Shown here in pieces: positions 39,401 through 53,500 of a stretch of DNA of 64,000 nt; position 1 is the stretch's first letter, and each line of letters opens with the position of its first letter. Source of the DNA: Camelus dromedarius (lineage: Eukaryota); NCBI RefSeq assembly GCF_036321535.1, contig NC_087446.1, forward strand, positions 64,668,001-64,732,000, in the 5' to 3' direction. Made by a program: the position numbers and the translations under genes. The notes beneath the pieces were generated by a model, which saw only the letters and a list, made by a program, of their open reading frames with translations, was not told where the DNA came from and did not search any database.

Positions 39401-42400
39401 TCTGAGAGATAAATGTGTGTGAACGCCGTCCTTCACCTAGCTTGTTGGGAACACAAAGTTTCTATTCACTTGCAAACTCCAATCCATACATATATATGGG
39501 GAGATACTAGCTCCAACTCGGTTTTACAGTGAAAACTGCAGGAACTTCAAAACTGCACTAGGAAACAGACTGAGAAAACAGAGTAAAAGCTTCTCCTGCA
39601 ACCCGTTCCCTTTGTGCTAGATGAACGAACGTCTCTCCACATGCTCAGTTCAGAGAGATAATTGTGTGTGAAAGCCGTCCTTCACCTAGCTTGTTGGGAA
39701 CACAAAGTTTCTTTTCACTTGCAAACTCCACTCCATACATATATATGGGGAGGTACTATCTCCAACTCGGTTTTACAGTGAAAACTGCAGGAACTTCAAA
39801 CCGGCAGTAGGAAACAGACTGAGAAACCAGAGTACAAGTTTCTCCTGCAACCCGTTCCCTTTGTGCTAGATGAACGAACGTCTCTCCACATGCTCAGTTC
39901 TGAGAGATAAATGTAGCTGAACGCCGTCCTTCACCTAGCTTATTGGGAACACAAAGTTTCTTTTCACTTGCAAACTCAAATCCATGTATATATAAGGGGA
40001 GGTACAAGCTCCAACTCGGTTTTACAGTGAAAATTGCAGGAACTTCATACCGGCACTAGGAAACAAACTGAGAATCCAGAGTAAAAGTTTCTCCTGCAAC
40101 CCGTTCCCTTTGTGCTAGATGAACGAACGTCTCTCCTCATGCTCAATTCTGAGAGATAAGTGTGTGTGAAAGCCATCCTTCACCTAGCTTGTTGGGAACA
40201 CAAAGTTTCTATTCACTTGCAAACTCCAATCCATACATATATATGGGGAGATACTAGCTCCAACACGGTTTTACAGTGAAAACTGCAGGAAATTATATCC
40301 GGCACTAGGAAACAACTGAGAAACCAGAGTAAAATTTTCTCCTGCAACCCGTTCCCTTTGTGCCAGATGAACGAACGTCTCTCCACATGCTCAGTTCTGA
40401 GAGATAAGTGTGTGTGAAAGCCGTCATTCTCCTAGCTTGTTTAGAACACAAAGTTTCTTTTCATTTGCAAACTCCACACCATACATATTTATGGGGAGGT
40501 ACTAGCTCCAACTCGGTTTTACAGGGAAAACTGCAGGAATTTCAAACCGGCACTAGGAAACAGACTGAGAAACCAGAGTAACAGTTTCTCCTGCAACCCG
40601 TTCCCTTTGTGCTAGATGAACGAACGTCTCTCCACATGCTCAGTTCTGAGAGATAAGTGTGTGTGAAAGCCGTCATTCGCCTAGCTTTTTGGGAACACAA
40701 AGTTTCTTTTCAGTTGCAAAGTCCCCTCCATACATATATATGGGTGGGTACTAGCACCAACTCCGTTTTAATGTGAATACTGCAGGAACTTCAAACCGGC
40801 ACTAGGAAACAGACAGAGAAAATAGAGTAAAAGTTCCCCTGCAACCCTTTCCATTTGTGCTAGATGAACGAACGTCTCTCCACTTGCTAAGATCTGAGAG
40901 ATAAGTGTGTGTGAAAGCCGTCTTCAACTAGCTTGTTAGGAACACAAAGATTCTTTTCATTTGCAAACTCCACTCCATACATATATATGGGGAGTTAATA
41001 GCTTCAACTCGTTGTTACATGAAAACTGCAGGAATTTCAAACCGGCACTTGGAAACAGACTGAGAACCCAGAGTAATAGTTTCTCGTGCATCCCTTTCCC
41101 TTTGTGCTAGATGAATGAAAGTCTCTCCACATGCTCAGTTCTGAGAGATAAGTGTGCGTGAAAGCCGTCCTTCACCAAGCTTGTTGATAACACAAAGTTT
41201 CTTTTCAGTTGCAAACTCCAATCCATACATATATATGGGGAGGTACTAGCTCCATCTCTGTTTTACAGTGAAAACTGCAGGAAATTCAAACCGGCACTAG
41301 GAAACAGACTGAGAAACCAGAGTAAAAGTTTCTCCTGCGACCCGTTCCCTTTGTGCTAGTTGAACGAAGGTCTCTCCACATGCTCAGTTCTGAGAAAAAA
41401 GTGTGTGTGTGAAAGACGTCCTTCACCAATCTTGTTGGGAACACAAAGTTTCTTTTCAGTTGGAAACTCCACTCCATACATATATATGGGGAGGTACTAG
41501 CTCCAACTCGGTTTTACAGTGAAAAATGCAGGAACTTCATACCGGCACTAAGAAACAGACTGAGAAACCAGAGCAAAAGTTTCTCCTGCAACCCGTTCCC
41601 TTTGTGCTAGATGAACGAACGTCTCTCCACATGCTCAGTTCTGAGAGATAAATGTAGGTGAACGCCGTCCTTCACCTAGCTTATTGGGAACACAAAGTTT
41701 CTTTTCACTTGCAAACTCAAATCCGTATATATATAAGGGGAGGTACAAGCTCCAACTCGGTTTTACAGTGAAAATTGCAGGAACTTCATACCGGCACTAG
41801 GAAATAAATTGAGAATCCAGAGTAAAAGTTTCTCCTGCAACCCGTTCCCTTTGTGCTAGATGAACGAACGTCTCTCCTCATGCTGAATTCTGAGAGATAA
41901 GTGTGTGTGAAAGCCGTCCTTAAACTAGCTTGTTGGGAACACAAAGTTTCTATTCACTTGCAAACTCCCATCCATACATATATATGGGGAGATACTAGCT
42001 CCAACACGGTTTTACAGTGAAAACGGCAGGAAATTAAATCCGGCACTAGGAAACAGGCTGAGAAACCAGAGAAAAAGTTTCCCCTGCAACCCGTTCCATT
42101 TGTGCTAGATGAACGAACGTCTCTCCACATGCTCAGTTCTGAGAGAGAAGTGTGTGTGAAAGCCGTCCTTCACCTAGCTTGTTGGGAACACATAGTTTCT
42201 TTTCACTTGCAAACTCCACTCCATACATATATATGGGGAGGTAAGAGCTCCAACTCGGTTTTACAGTGAAAACTGCAGGATCTTCAAACCTGCACTAGGA
42301 ACAGACTGAGAAACCAGAGTAAATGTTACTCCTGCAACCCGTTCCCTTTGTGCAACATGAACGAACGTCTCTCCACATGCTCAGTTCTGAGAGATAATTG

Positions 42401-44366
42401 TGTGTGAAAGCCGTCCTTCACCTAGCTTGTTGGGAACACAAAGTTTCTTTTCACTTGCAAACTCCAATCCATATATATATAAGGGTAGGTACAAGTTCCA
42501 ACTCGGTTTTATAGTGAAAATTGCAGGAACATCAAACCGGCACTAGGAAACAGACTGAGAATCCAGAGTAAAATTTCTCCTGCAACCTGTTCCCTTTGTG
42601 CTAGATGAACGAACGTCTCTCCTCTTGCTCAATTCTGAGAGATAAGTGTGTGTGAAAGCCGTCCTTCACCTAGCTTGTTGGGAACACAAAGTTTCTATTC
42701 ACTTGCAAACTCCAATCCATACATATATATGGGGAGGTACAAGCTCCAACACGGTTTTACATTGAAAACTGCAGGAAATTAAATCCGGCACTAGGAAACA
42801 GACTGAGAAACCAGAGTAAAAGTTTCTCCTGCAAACCGTTCCCTTTGTGCTAGATGAACGAACGTCTCTCCACATGCTCAGTTCTGAGATATAAGTGTGT
42901 GTGAAAGCCGTCCTTCACCTAGCTTGTTGGGAACACAAAGTTTCTTTTCAGTTGCAAATTCCACTCCATAAATATATATGGTGTTCTACTAGCTCCAACT
43001 CTGTTTTACAGTGAAAACTGCAGGAACTTCAAAACTGCACTAGGAAACAGACTGAGAATCCAGAGTAAAAGTTTCTCCTGTATCCCGTTACATTTGTGCT
43101 AGATGAACGAACGTCTCTCCACATGCTCAGTTGAGAGATAATTGTGTGTGAAAGCCGTCCTTCACCTAGCTTGTTGGGAACACAAATTTTCTTTTCACTT
43201 GCAAACTCCACCCCACACATATATATGGGGAGGTAGTAGCTCCAAATCTGTTTTACAGGGAAAACTGTAGGAACTTCAAACCGGCACTAGGAAAAAGACT
43301 GAGAAACCAGAGTAAAAGTTTCTCCTGCAACCCGTTCCCTTTGTGCTAGATGAACGAACGTCTCTCCACATGCTCAGTTCTGAGAGATAAATGTGTGTGA
43401 ACGCCGTCCTTCACCTAGCTTGTTGGGAACACAAAGTTTCTATTCACTTGCAAACTCCAATCCATACATATATATGGGGAGATACTAGCTCCAACTCGGT
43501 TTTACAGTGAAAACTGCAGGAACTTCAAAACTGCACTAGGAAACAGACTGAGAAACCAGAGTAAAAGCTTCTCCTGCAACCCGTTCCCTTTGTGCTAGAT
43601 GAACGAACGTCTCTCCACATGCTCAGTTCAGAGAGATAATTGTGTGTGAAAGCCGTCCTTCACCTAGCTTGTTGGGAACACAAAGTTTCTTTTCACTTGC
43701 AAACTCCACTCCATACATATATATGGGGAGGTACTATCTCCAACTCGGTTTTACAGTGAAAACTGCAGGAACTTCAAACCGGCAGTAGGAAACAGACTGA
43801 GAAACCAGAGTAAAAGTTTCTCCTGCAACCCGTTCCCTTTGTGCTAGATGAACGAACGTCTCTCCACATGCTCAGTTCTGAGAGATAAATGTAGCTGAAC
43901 GCCGTCCTTCACCTAGCTTATTGGGAACACAAAGTTTCTTTTCACTTGCAAACTCAAATCCATGTATATATAAGGGGAGGTACAAGCTCCAACTCGGTTT
44001 TACAGTGAAAATTGCAGGAACTTCATACCGGCACTAGGAAACAAACTGAGAATCCAGAGTAAAAGTTTCTCCTGCAACCCGTTCCCTTTGTGCTAGATGA
44101 ACGAACGTCTCTCCTCATGCTCAATTCTGAGAGATAAGTGTGTGTGAAAGCCATCCTTCACCTAGCTTGTTGGGAACACAAAGTTTCTATTCACTTGCAA
44201 ACTCCAATCCATACATATATATGGGGAGATACTAGCTCCAACACGGTTTTACAGTGAAAACTGCAGGAAATTATATCCGGCACTAGGAAACAACTGAGAA
44301 ACCAGAGTAAAATTTTCTCCTGCAACCCGTTCCCTTTGTGCCAGATGAACGAACGTCTCTCCACAT
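36455..44366. repeat. Near-identical tandem duplication of a 16-monomer unit (3978 bp x2)
   Basis: GTTTAGAACA at 36461 and 40439. ORFs 37308/41286 and 39051/43029 are offset by 3978. Shared rare variants include a longer TG run at ~37420/41400, GTGCAACATG and GTGCCAGATG. Confidence 0.92.
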
Positions 44367-44564
44367 GATCAGTTCTGAGAGATAAGTGTGTGTGAAAGCC
44401 GTCCTTCACCTTGCTTGTTGGGAACACAAAGTTTCTTTTCAGTTGCAAATTCCACTCCATACATATATATGGTGTGGTACTAGCTCCAAATCGGTTTTAC
44501 AGTGAAAACTGCTTTAACTTCAAAACTGCACTAGGAAACAGACTGAGAAACCAGAGTAAAACTT

Positions 44565-47500
44565 TCTCCTGCAACCCGTTCCCTTTGTGCTAGATGAACG
44601 AACGTCTCTCCACATGCTCAGTTCTGAGGGATAATTGAGTGTGAAAGCCGTCCTTCACATAGCTAGTTGGGAACACAAAGTTTCTTTTCACTTGCAAACT
44701 CCACTCCATACATATATATGGGGAGGTACAAACTCCAACTCGGTTTTACAGTGAAAACTGCAGGAACTTCAAACCGGCACTAGGAAACAAACTGAGAAAC
44801 CAGATTAAAAGTTTCTCCTGCAACCCGTTCCCTTTGTGCTAGATGAACGAACGTCTCTCCACATGCTCAGTTCTGAGAGATAAGTGTGTGTGAAAGCCGT
44901 CATTCTCCTAGCTTTTTGGGAACACAAAGTTTCTTTTCAGTTGCAAACTCCAATCCATACATATATATGGGTGGGTGCTAGATCCAACACGGTTTTAATG
45001 TGAAAACTGCAGGAACTTCAAACCGGCACTAGGAAACAAACTGAGAAAATAGAGTAAAAGTTTCCCCTGCTACACTTTCCCTTTGTGCTAGATGAACGAA
45101 CGTCTCTCCACATGCTAAGTTCTGAGAGATAAGTGAGTGTGAAAGCCGTCCTTCACCTAGCTTGTTGGGAACACAAAGTTTCTTTTCACTTGCAAACTCC
45201 ACTCCATACATATATATGGGGAGGTACTAGCTCCAACTCGGTTTTACAGTGAAAACTGCAGGAACTTCAAACCGGCACTAGGAAACAGACTGAGAAACCA
45301 GAGTAAAAGTTTCTCCTGCAACCCGTTCCTTTGTGCTAGATGAACGAACTTCTCTCCACATGCTCAGTTCTGATAGATCAGTGTGTGTGAAAGCCGTCCT
45401 TCACCTATCTTGTTGGGAAAACAAAGATTCTTTTCACTTGCAAACTCCACTCCATAAATATATATGGGGAGGTACTAGCTCCAACACGGTTTTACAGTGA
45501 AATCTGCAGGAAGTTCAAACAGGCACTAGGAAACACAGAGAAAATCCGGAGTAATTGTTTCTCCTGCTACCCGTTCCCTTTGTGCTAGATGAATGAACGT
45601 CTCTCCACATGCTCAGTTCTGAGAGATAAGTGTGTGTGAAAGCCGTCCTTTACCTAGCTTGTTTAGAACACAAAGTTTCTTTTCATTTGCAAACTCCACA
45701 CCATACATATTTATGGGGAGGTACTAGCTCCAACTCGGTTTTACAGGGAAAACTGCAGGAATTTCAAACCGGCACTAGGAAACAGACTGAGAAACCAGAG
45801 TAAAAGTTTCTCCTGCAACCATTTCCCTTTGTGCTAGATTAACGAACGTCTCTCCACATTCTCAGATGTGAGAGATATGTGTGTGTGAAAGCCGTCCTTC
45901 AACTATCTTGTTGGGAACATAGTTTCTTTTCACTTGCAAACTCCACTCCATACATATATATGGGGAGGTACAAGCTCCAACTCGGTTTTACAGTGAAAAC
46001 TTCAGGAAATTCAAACCGGTACTAGGAAACAGACTGAGAAACCAGAGTAACAGTTTCTCCTGCAACCCGTTCCCATTGTGCTAGATGAACGAACGTCTCT
46101 CCACATGCTCAGTTCTGAGAGATAAGTGTGTGTGAAAGCCGTCATTCTCCTAGCTTTTTGGGAACACAAAGTTTCTTTTCAGTTGCAGAGTCCCCTCCCT
46201 ACATATATATGGGTGGGTACTAGCACCAACTCCGTTTTAATGTGAATACTGCAGAAACTTCAAACCGGCACTAGGAAACAGACAGAGAAAATAGAGTAAA
46301 AGTTCCGCTGCAACCCTTTCCCTTTGTGCTAGATGAACGAACGTCTCTCCACATGCTCAGTTCTGAGAGATAAGTTTGTGTGAATGCCGTCCTTCACCTA
46401 GCTTGTTTAGAACACAAAGTTTCTTTTCATTTGCAAACTCCACACCATACATATTTATGGGGAGTTTCTAGCTCCAACTCGGTTTTACAGTGAAAACTGC
46501 AGGAACTTCAATCCGGCACTAGGAAACAGACTGAGATACCAGAGTAAAAGTTTTTTCTGCAACATATTCCCTTTGTGCTAGATGAACGAACGTCTCTCCA
46601 AATGCTCAGTTCTGAGAGATATGTGTGTGTGAAAGCCGAACTTCACCTAGCTTTTTGGGAACATAAAGTTTCTTTTCAGTTGCAACCTCCAATCCATAAA
46701 AATATATGGGGAGGTACTAGCTCCAACTCAGTTTTACAGTGAAAAATGCAGGAAATTCATACCGGCACTAGGAAACAGACTGAGAACCAGAGAAACAGTT
46801 TCTCCTGCAACCCGTTCCCTTTGTGCTAGATGAACGAACGTCTCTCCACATGCTCAGTTCTGAGAGATAATTGTGTGTGAAAGCCGTCATTCTCCTAGCT
46901 ATTTGGGAACACAAAGTTTCTTTTCAGTTGCAAACTCCAATCCATACATATATATGGGTGGGTTCTAGCTCCAACACGGTTTTAATGTGAAAACTGCAGG
47001 AACTTCAAACCGGCACTAGGAAACAAACTGAGAAAATAGAGTAAAAGTTTCCCCTGCTACACTTTCCCTTTGTGCTAGATGAACGAACGTCTCTCCACAT
47101 GCTAAGTTCTGAGAGATAAGTGTGTGTGAAAGCCGTCCTTCACCTAGCTTGTTGGGAACACAAAGTTTCTTTTCACTTGCAAACTCCACTCCATACATAT
47201 ATATGGGGAGGTACTAGCTCCAACTCGGTTTTACAGTGAAAACTTCAGGAACTTCAAACCGGCACTAGGAAACAGACTGAGAAACCAGAGTAAAAGTTTC
47301 TCCTGCAACCCGTTTCTTTGTGCTAGATGAACGAACTTCTCTCCACATGCTCAGTTCTGATAGATTAGTGTGTGTGAAAGCCGTCCTTCACCTAGCTTGT
47401 TGGGAAAACAAAGATTCTTTTCACTTGCAAACTCCACTCCATATATATATATGGGGAGGTACTAGCTCCAACACGGTTTTACAGTGAAATCTGCAGGAAG

Positions 47501-50500
47501 TTCAAACAGGCACTAGGAAACACACAGAAAATCCGGAGTAATTGTTTCTCCTGCTACCCGTTCCATTTGTGCTAGATGAATGAACGTCTCTCCACATGCT
47601 CAGTTCTGAGAGATAAGTGTGTGTGAAAGCCGTCCTTCTCCTAGCTTTTTGGGAACACAAAGTTTCTTTTCATTTGCAAACTCCACTCCATACATATATA
47701 TGGGGAGTTAAAAGCTTCAACTCGTTGTTACATGAAAACTGCAGGAACTTCAAACAGGCACTTGGAAACAGACTGAGAATCCAGAGTAATATTTTCTCGT
47801 GCATCCCGTTCCCTTTGTGCTAGATGAATGAACGTCTCTCCACATGCTCAGTTCTGAGAGATAAGTGTGCGTGAAAGCCGTCCTTCACCAAGCTTGTTGG
47901 GAACACAAAGATTCTTTTCAGTTGCAAACTCCACTCCATACATATATATGGGGAGGTACTTGCTCCATCTCTGTTTTACAGTGAAAACTGCAGGAAATTC
48001 AAACCGGCACTAGGAAACAGACTGAGAAACCAGAGTAAAAGTTTCTCCTGCGACCCGTTCCTTTGTGCTAGTTGAACGAACGTCTATCCACATGCTCAGT
48101 TCTGAGAAATAAGTGTGTGTGAAAGACGTCCTTCACCAAGCTTGTTGGGAACACAAAGTTTCTTTTCAGTTGGAAACTCCACTCCATACATATATAAGGG
48201 AAGGTACTAGCTCCAACTCGGTTTTACAGTGAAAAATGCAGGAACTTCATACCGGCACTAAGAAACAGACTGAGAAACCAGAGTACAAGTTTTTTCTGCA
48301 ACATATTCCCTTTGTGCTAGATGAACGAAAGTCTCTCCAAATGCTCAGTTCTGAGAGATATGTGTATGTGAAAGCCGAACTTCACCTATCTTTTTGGGAA
48401 CACAAAGTTTCTTTTCAGTTGCAACCTCCAATCCATAAAAATATATGGGGAGGTACTAGTTCCAACTCAGTTTTACAGTGAAATATGCAGGAAATTCAAA
48501 CCGGCACTAGGAAACAAACTGAGAAAATAGAGTAAAAGTTTCCCCTGCAACACTTTCCCTTTGTGCTAGATGAACGAACGTCTCTCCACATGCTAAGTTC
48601 TGGAGATAAGTGTGTGTGAAAGCCGTCCTTCACCAAGCTTGTTGGGAAAACAAAGATTCTTTTCACTTGCAAACTCCACTCCATAAATATATATGGGGAG
48701 GTACTAGCTCCAACACGGTTTTACAGTGAAATCTGCAGGAAGTTCAAACAGGCACTAGGAAACACACAGAAAATCCGGAGTAATTGTTTCTCCTGCTACC
48801 CGTTCCCTTTGTGCTAGATGAATGAACGTCTCTCCACATGCTCAGTTCTGAGAGATAAGTGTGTGTGAAAGCCGTCCTTCTCCTAGCTTGTTTAAAACAC
48901 AAAGTTTCTTTTCATTTGCAAACTCCACTCCATACATATATATGGGGAGTTAATAGCTTCAACTCGTTGTTACATGAAAACTGCAGGAACTTCAAACTGG
49001 CACTTGGAAACAGACTGAGAATCCAGAGTAATATTTTCTCGTGCATCCCGTTCCCTTTGTGCTAGATGAATGAACGTCTCTCCACATGCTCAGTTCTGAG
49101 AGTTATGTGTGCGTGAAAGCCGTCCTTCACCAAGCTTGTTGGGAACACAAAGATTCTTTTCAGTTGCAAACTCCACTCCATACATATATATGGGGAGGTA
49201 CTAGCTCCATCTCTGTTTTACAGTGAAAACTGCAGGAACTTCAAACCGGCACTAGGAAACAGACTGAGAAACCAGAGTAAAAGTTTCTCCTGCAACCCGT
49301 TCCCATTTTGCCAGATGAACGAACGTCTCTCCAAATGCTCAGTTCTGAGAGATAATTGTGTGTGAATGCCGTACTTCACCAAGCTTTTTGGGAACACAAA
49401 GTTTCTTTTCACTTGCAATCTCCACTAAATAAGTATATATGGGGAGGTTCTAGCTCCAACTCGGTTTTACAGTGAAAACTGCAGGAAATTCAAACCGGCA
49501 CTAGGAAACAGACTGAGAAACCAGAGTAAAAGTTTCTCCCGCAAACCGTTCCATTTGTGCTAGATGAACGAACGTCTCTCCACATGCTCAGTTCTGAGAG
49601 ATAATTGTGTGTGAAAGCCGTCCTTCACCTAGCTTGTTGGGAACACAAAGTTTCTTTTCAGTTGCAAACTCCAATCCATACATATATATGGGTGGGTTCT
49701 AGCTCCAACACGGTTTTAATGTGAAAACTGCAGGAACTTCAAACCGGCACTAGGAAACAAACTGAGAAAATAGAGTAAAAATTTCCCCTGCAACACTTTC
49801 CCTTTGTGCTAGATGAACGAACGTCTCTCCACATGCTCATTTCTGAGAGATAAGTGTGTGTGAAAGCCGTCCTTCACCTAGCTTGTTGGGAACACAAAGT
49901 TTCTTTTCACTTGCAAACTCCACTCCATACATATATATGGGGAGGTACTAGCTCCAACTCGGTTTTACAGTGAAAACTGCAGGAACTTCAAACCGGAACT
50001 AGGAAACAGACTGAGAAACCAGAGTAAAAGTTTCTCCTGCAACCCGTTCCTTTGTGCTAGATGAACGAACTTCTCTCCACATGCTCAGTTCTGATAGATC
50101 AGTGTGTGTGAAAGCCGTCCTTCACCTAGCTTGTTGGGAAAACAAAGATTCTTTTCACTTGCAAACTCCACTCCATAAATATATATGGGGAGGTACTAGC
50201 TCCAACACGGATTTACAGTGAAATCTGCAGGAAGTTCAAACAGGCACTAGGAAACACACAGAAAATCCGGAGTAATTGTTTCTCCTGCTACCCGTTCCCT
50301 TTGTGCTAGATGAATGAACGTCTCTCCACATGCTCAGTTCTGAGAGATAAGTGTGTGTGAAAGCCGTCCTTCACCTATTTGTTGGGAACACAAAGTTTCT
50401 TTTCACTTGCAAAATCCACTCCATACATATATATGGAGAGGTACTAGCTCCAAATCTGTGTTACAGTGAAAACTGCAGGAACTTTAAAGCGGCACTAGGA

Positions 50501-53500
50501 AACAGACTGAGAAACCAGATTAAAAGTTTCTCCTGCAACCCATTCCCTTTTTGCTAGATGAACGAACGTCTCTCCACATGCTCATTTCTGAGAGATAAGT
50601 GTGTTTGAAAGCCGTCCTTCATCTAGCTTGTAGGAACAATAAGTTTCTTTTCAGTTGCAAACTCCACTCCATACATTTATATGGGGAGGTTCAAGCTCCA
50701 ACTCGGTTTTACAGTGAAAACTGCAGGAACTTCAAAACGGCACTAGGAAACAGACTTAGAAACCAGATTAAAAGTTTCTCATGCAACCCATTCCCTTTTT
50801 GCTAGATGAACGAACGTCTCTCCACATGCTCATTTCTGAGAGATAAGTGTGTTTGAAAGCCGTCCTTCATCTAGCTTGTAGGAACAAAAAGTTTCTTTTC
50901 AGTTGCAAACTCCACTCCATACATATATATGGGGAGGTTCTAGCCCCAACTCGGTTTTACAGTGAAAACTGCAAGAACTTCAAAACGGCACTAGGAAACA
51001 GACTGAGAATCCATAGTAAAAGTTTCTCCTGCAACCTGTTCCCTTTGTGCTAGATGAACGAACGTCTCGCCTCTTGCTCAATTCTGAGAGATTAATGTGT
51101 GTGAAAGCCGTCCTTCACCTAGCTTGTTGGGAACACAAAGTATCTTTTCACATGCAAACTCCAATCCATACATATATATGGGGAGATACTAGCTCCAACA
51201 CGGTTTTACAGTGAAAACTGCAGGAAATTATATCCGGCACTAGGAAACAGACTGAGAAACAAGAGTAAAAGTTTCTCCTGCAACCCGTTCCCTTTGTGCT
51301 AGATGAACGAACGTCTCTCCACATGCTCAGTTCTGAGGGATAATTGAGTGTGAAAGCCGTCCTTCATATAGCTAGTTGGGAACACAAAGTTTCTTTTCAC
51401 TTGCAAACTCCACTCCATACATATATATGGGGAGGTACAAACTCCAACTCGGTTTTACAGTGAAAACTGCAGGAACTTCAAACCGGCACTAGGAAACAAA
51501 CTGAGAAACCAGATTAAAAGTTTCTCCTGCAACCCGTTCCCTTTGTGCTAGATGAACGAACGTCTCTCCACATGCTCAGTTCTGAGAGATAAGTGTGTGT
51601 GAAAGCCGTCATTCTCCTAGCTTTTTGGGAACACAAAGTTTCTTTTCAGTTGCAAACTCCAATCCATACATATATATGGGTGGGTGCTAGATCCAACACG
51701 GTTTTAATGTGAAAACTGCAGGAACTTCAAACCGGCACTAGGAAACAAACTGAGAAAATAGAGTAAAAGTTTCCCCTGCTACACTTTCCCTTTGTGCTAG
51801 ATGAACGAACGTCTCTCCACATGCTAAGTTCTGAGAGATAAGTGAGTGTGAAAGCCGTCCTTCACCTAGCTTGTTGGGAACACAAAGTTTCTTTTCACTT
51901 GCAAACTCCACTCCATACATATATATGGGGAGGTACTAGCTCCAACTCGGTTTTACAGTGAAAACTGCAGGAACTTCAAACCGGCACTAGGAAACAGACT
52001 GAGAAACCAGAGTAAAAGTTTCTCCTGCAACCCGTTCCTTTGTGCTAGATGAACGAACTTCTCTCCACATGCTCAGTTCTGATAGATCAGTGTGTGTGAA
52101 AGCCGTCCTTCACCTATCTTGTTGGGAAAACAAAGATTCTTTTCACTTGCAAACTCCACTCCATAAATATATATGGGGAGGTACTAGCTCCAACACGGTT
52201 TTACAGTGAAATCTGCAGGAAGTTCAAACAGGCACTAGGAAACACAGAGAAAATCCGGAGTAATTGTTTCTCCTGCTACCTGTTCCCTTTGTGCTAGATG
52301 AATGAACGTCTCTCCACATGCTCAGTTCTGAGAGATAAGTGTGTGTGAAAGCCGTCCTTTACCTAGCTTGTTTAGAACACAAAGTTTCTTTTCATTTGCA
52401 AACTCCACACCATACATATTTATGGGGAGGTACTAGCTCCAACTCGGTTTTACAGGGAAAACTGCAGGAATTTCAAACCGGCACTAGGAAACAGACTGAG
52501 AAACCAGAGTAAAAGTTTCTCCTGCAACCATTTCCCTTTGTGCTAGATTAACGAACGTTTCTCCACATTCTCAAATGTGAGAGATATGTGTGTGTGAAAG
52601 CCGTCCTTCAACTATCTTGTTGGGAACATAGTTTCTTTTCACTTGCAAACTCCACTCCATACATATATATGGGGAGGTACAAGCTCCAACTCGGTTTTAC
52701 AGTGAAAACTTCAGGAAATTCAAACCGGTACTAGGAAACAGACTGAGAAACCAGAGTAACAGTTTCTCCTGCAACCCGTTCCCATTGTGCTAGATGAACG
52801 AACGTCTCTCCACATGCTCAGTTCTGAGAGATAAGTGTGTGTGAAAGCCGTCATTCTCCTAGCTTTTTGGGAACACAAAGTTTCTTTTCAGTTGCAGAGT
52901 CCCCTCCCTACATATATATGGGTGGGTACTAGCACCAACTCCGTTTTAATGTGAATACTGCAGGAAATTCAAACCGGCACTAGGAAACAGACAGAGAAAA
53001 TAGAGTAAAAGTTCCGCTGCAACCCTTTCCCTTTGTGCTAGATGAACGAACGTCTCTCCACATGCTCAGTTCTGAGAGATAAGTTTGTGTGAATGCCGTC
53101 CTTCACCTAGCTTGTTTAGAACACAAAGTTTCTTTTCATTTGCAAACTCCACACCATACATATTTATGGGGAGTTTCTAGCTCCAACTCGGTTTTACAGT
53201 GAAAACTGCAGGAACTTCAATCCGGCACTAGGAAACAGACTGAGATACCAGAGTAAAAGTTTTTTCTGCAACATATTCCCTTTGTGCAAGATGAACGAAC
53301 GTCTCTCCAAATGCTCAGTTCTGAGAGATATGTGTGTGTGAAAGCCGAACTTCACCTAGCTTTTTGGGAACATAAAGTTTCTTTTCAGTTGCAACCTCCA
53401 ATCCATAAAAATATATGGGGAGGTACTAGCTCCAACTCAGTTTTACAGTGAAAAATGCAGGAAATTCATACCGGCACTAGGAAACAGACTGAGAACCAGA

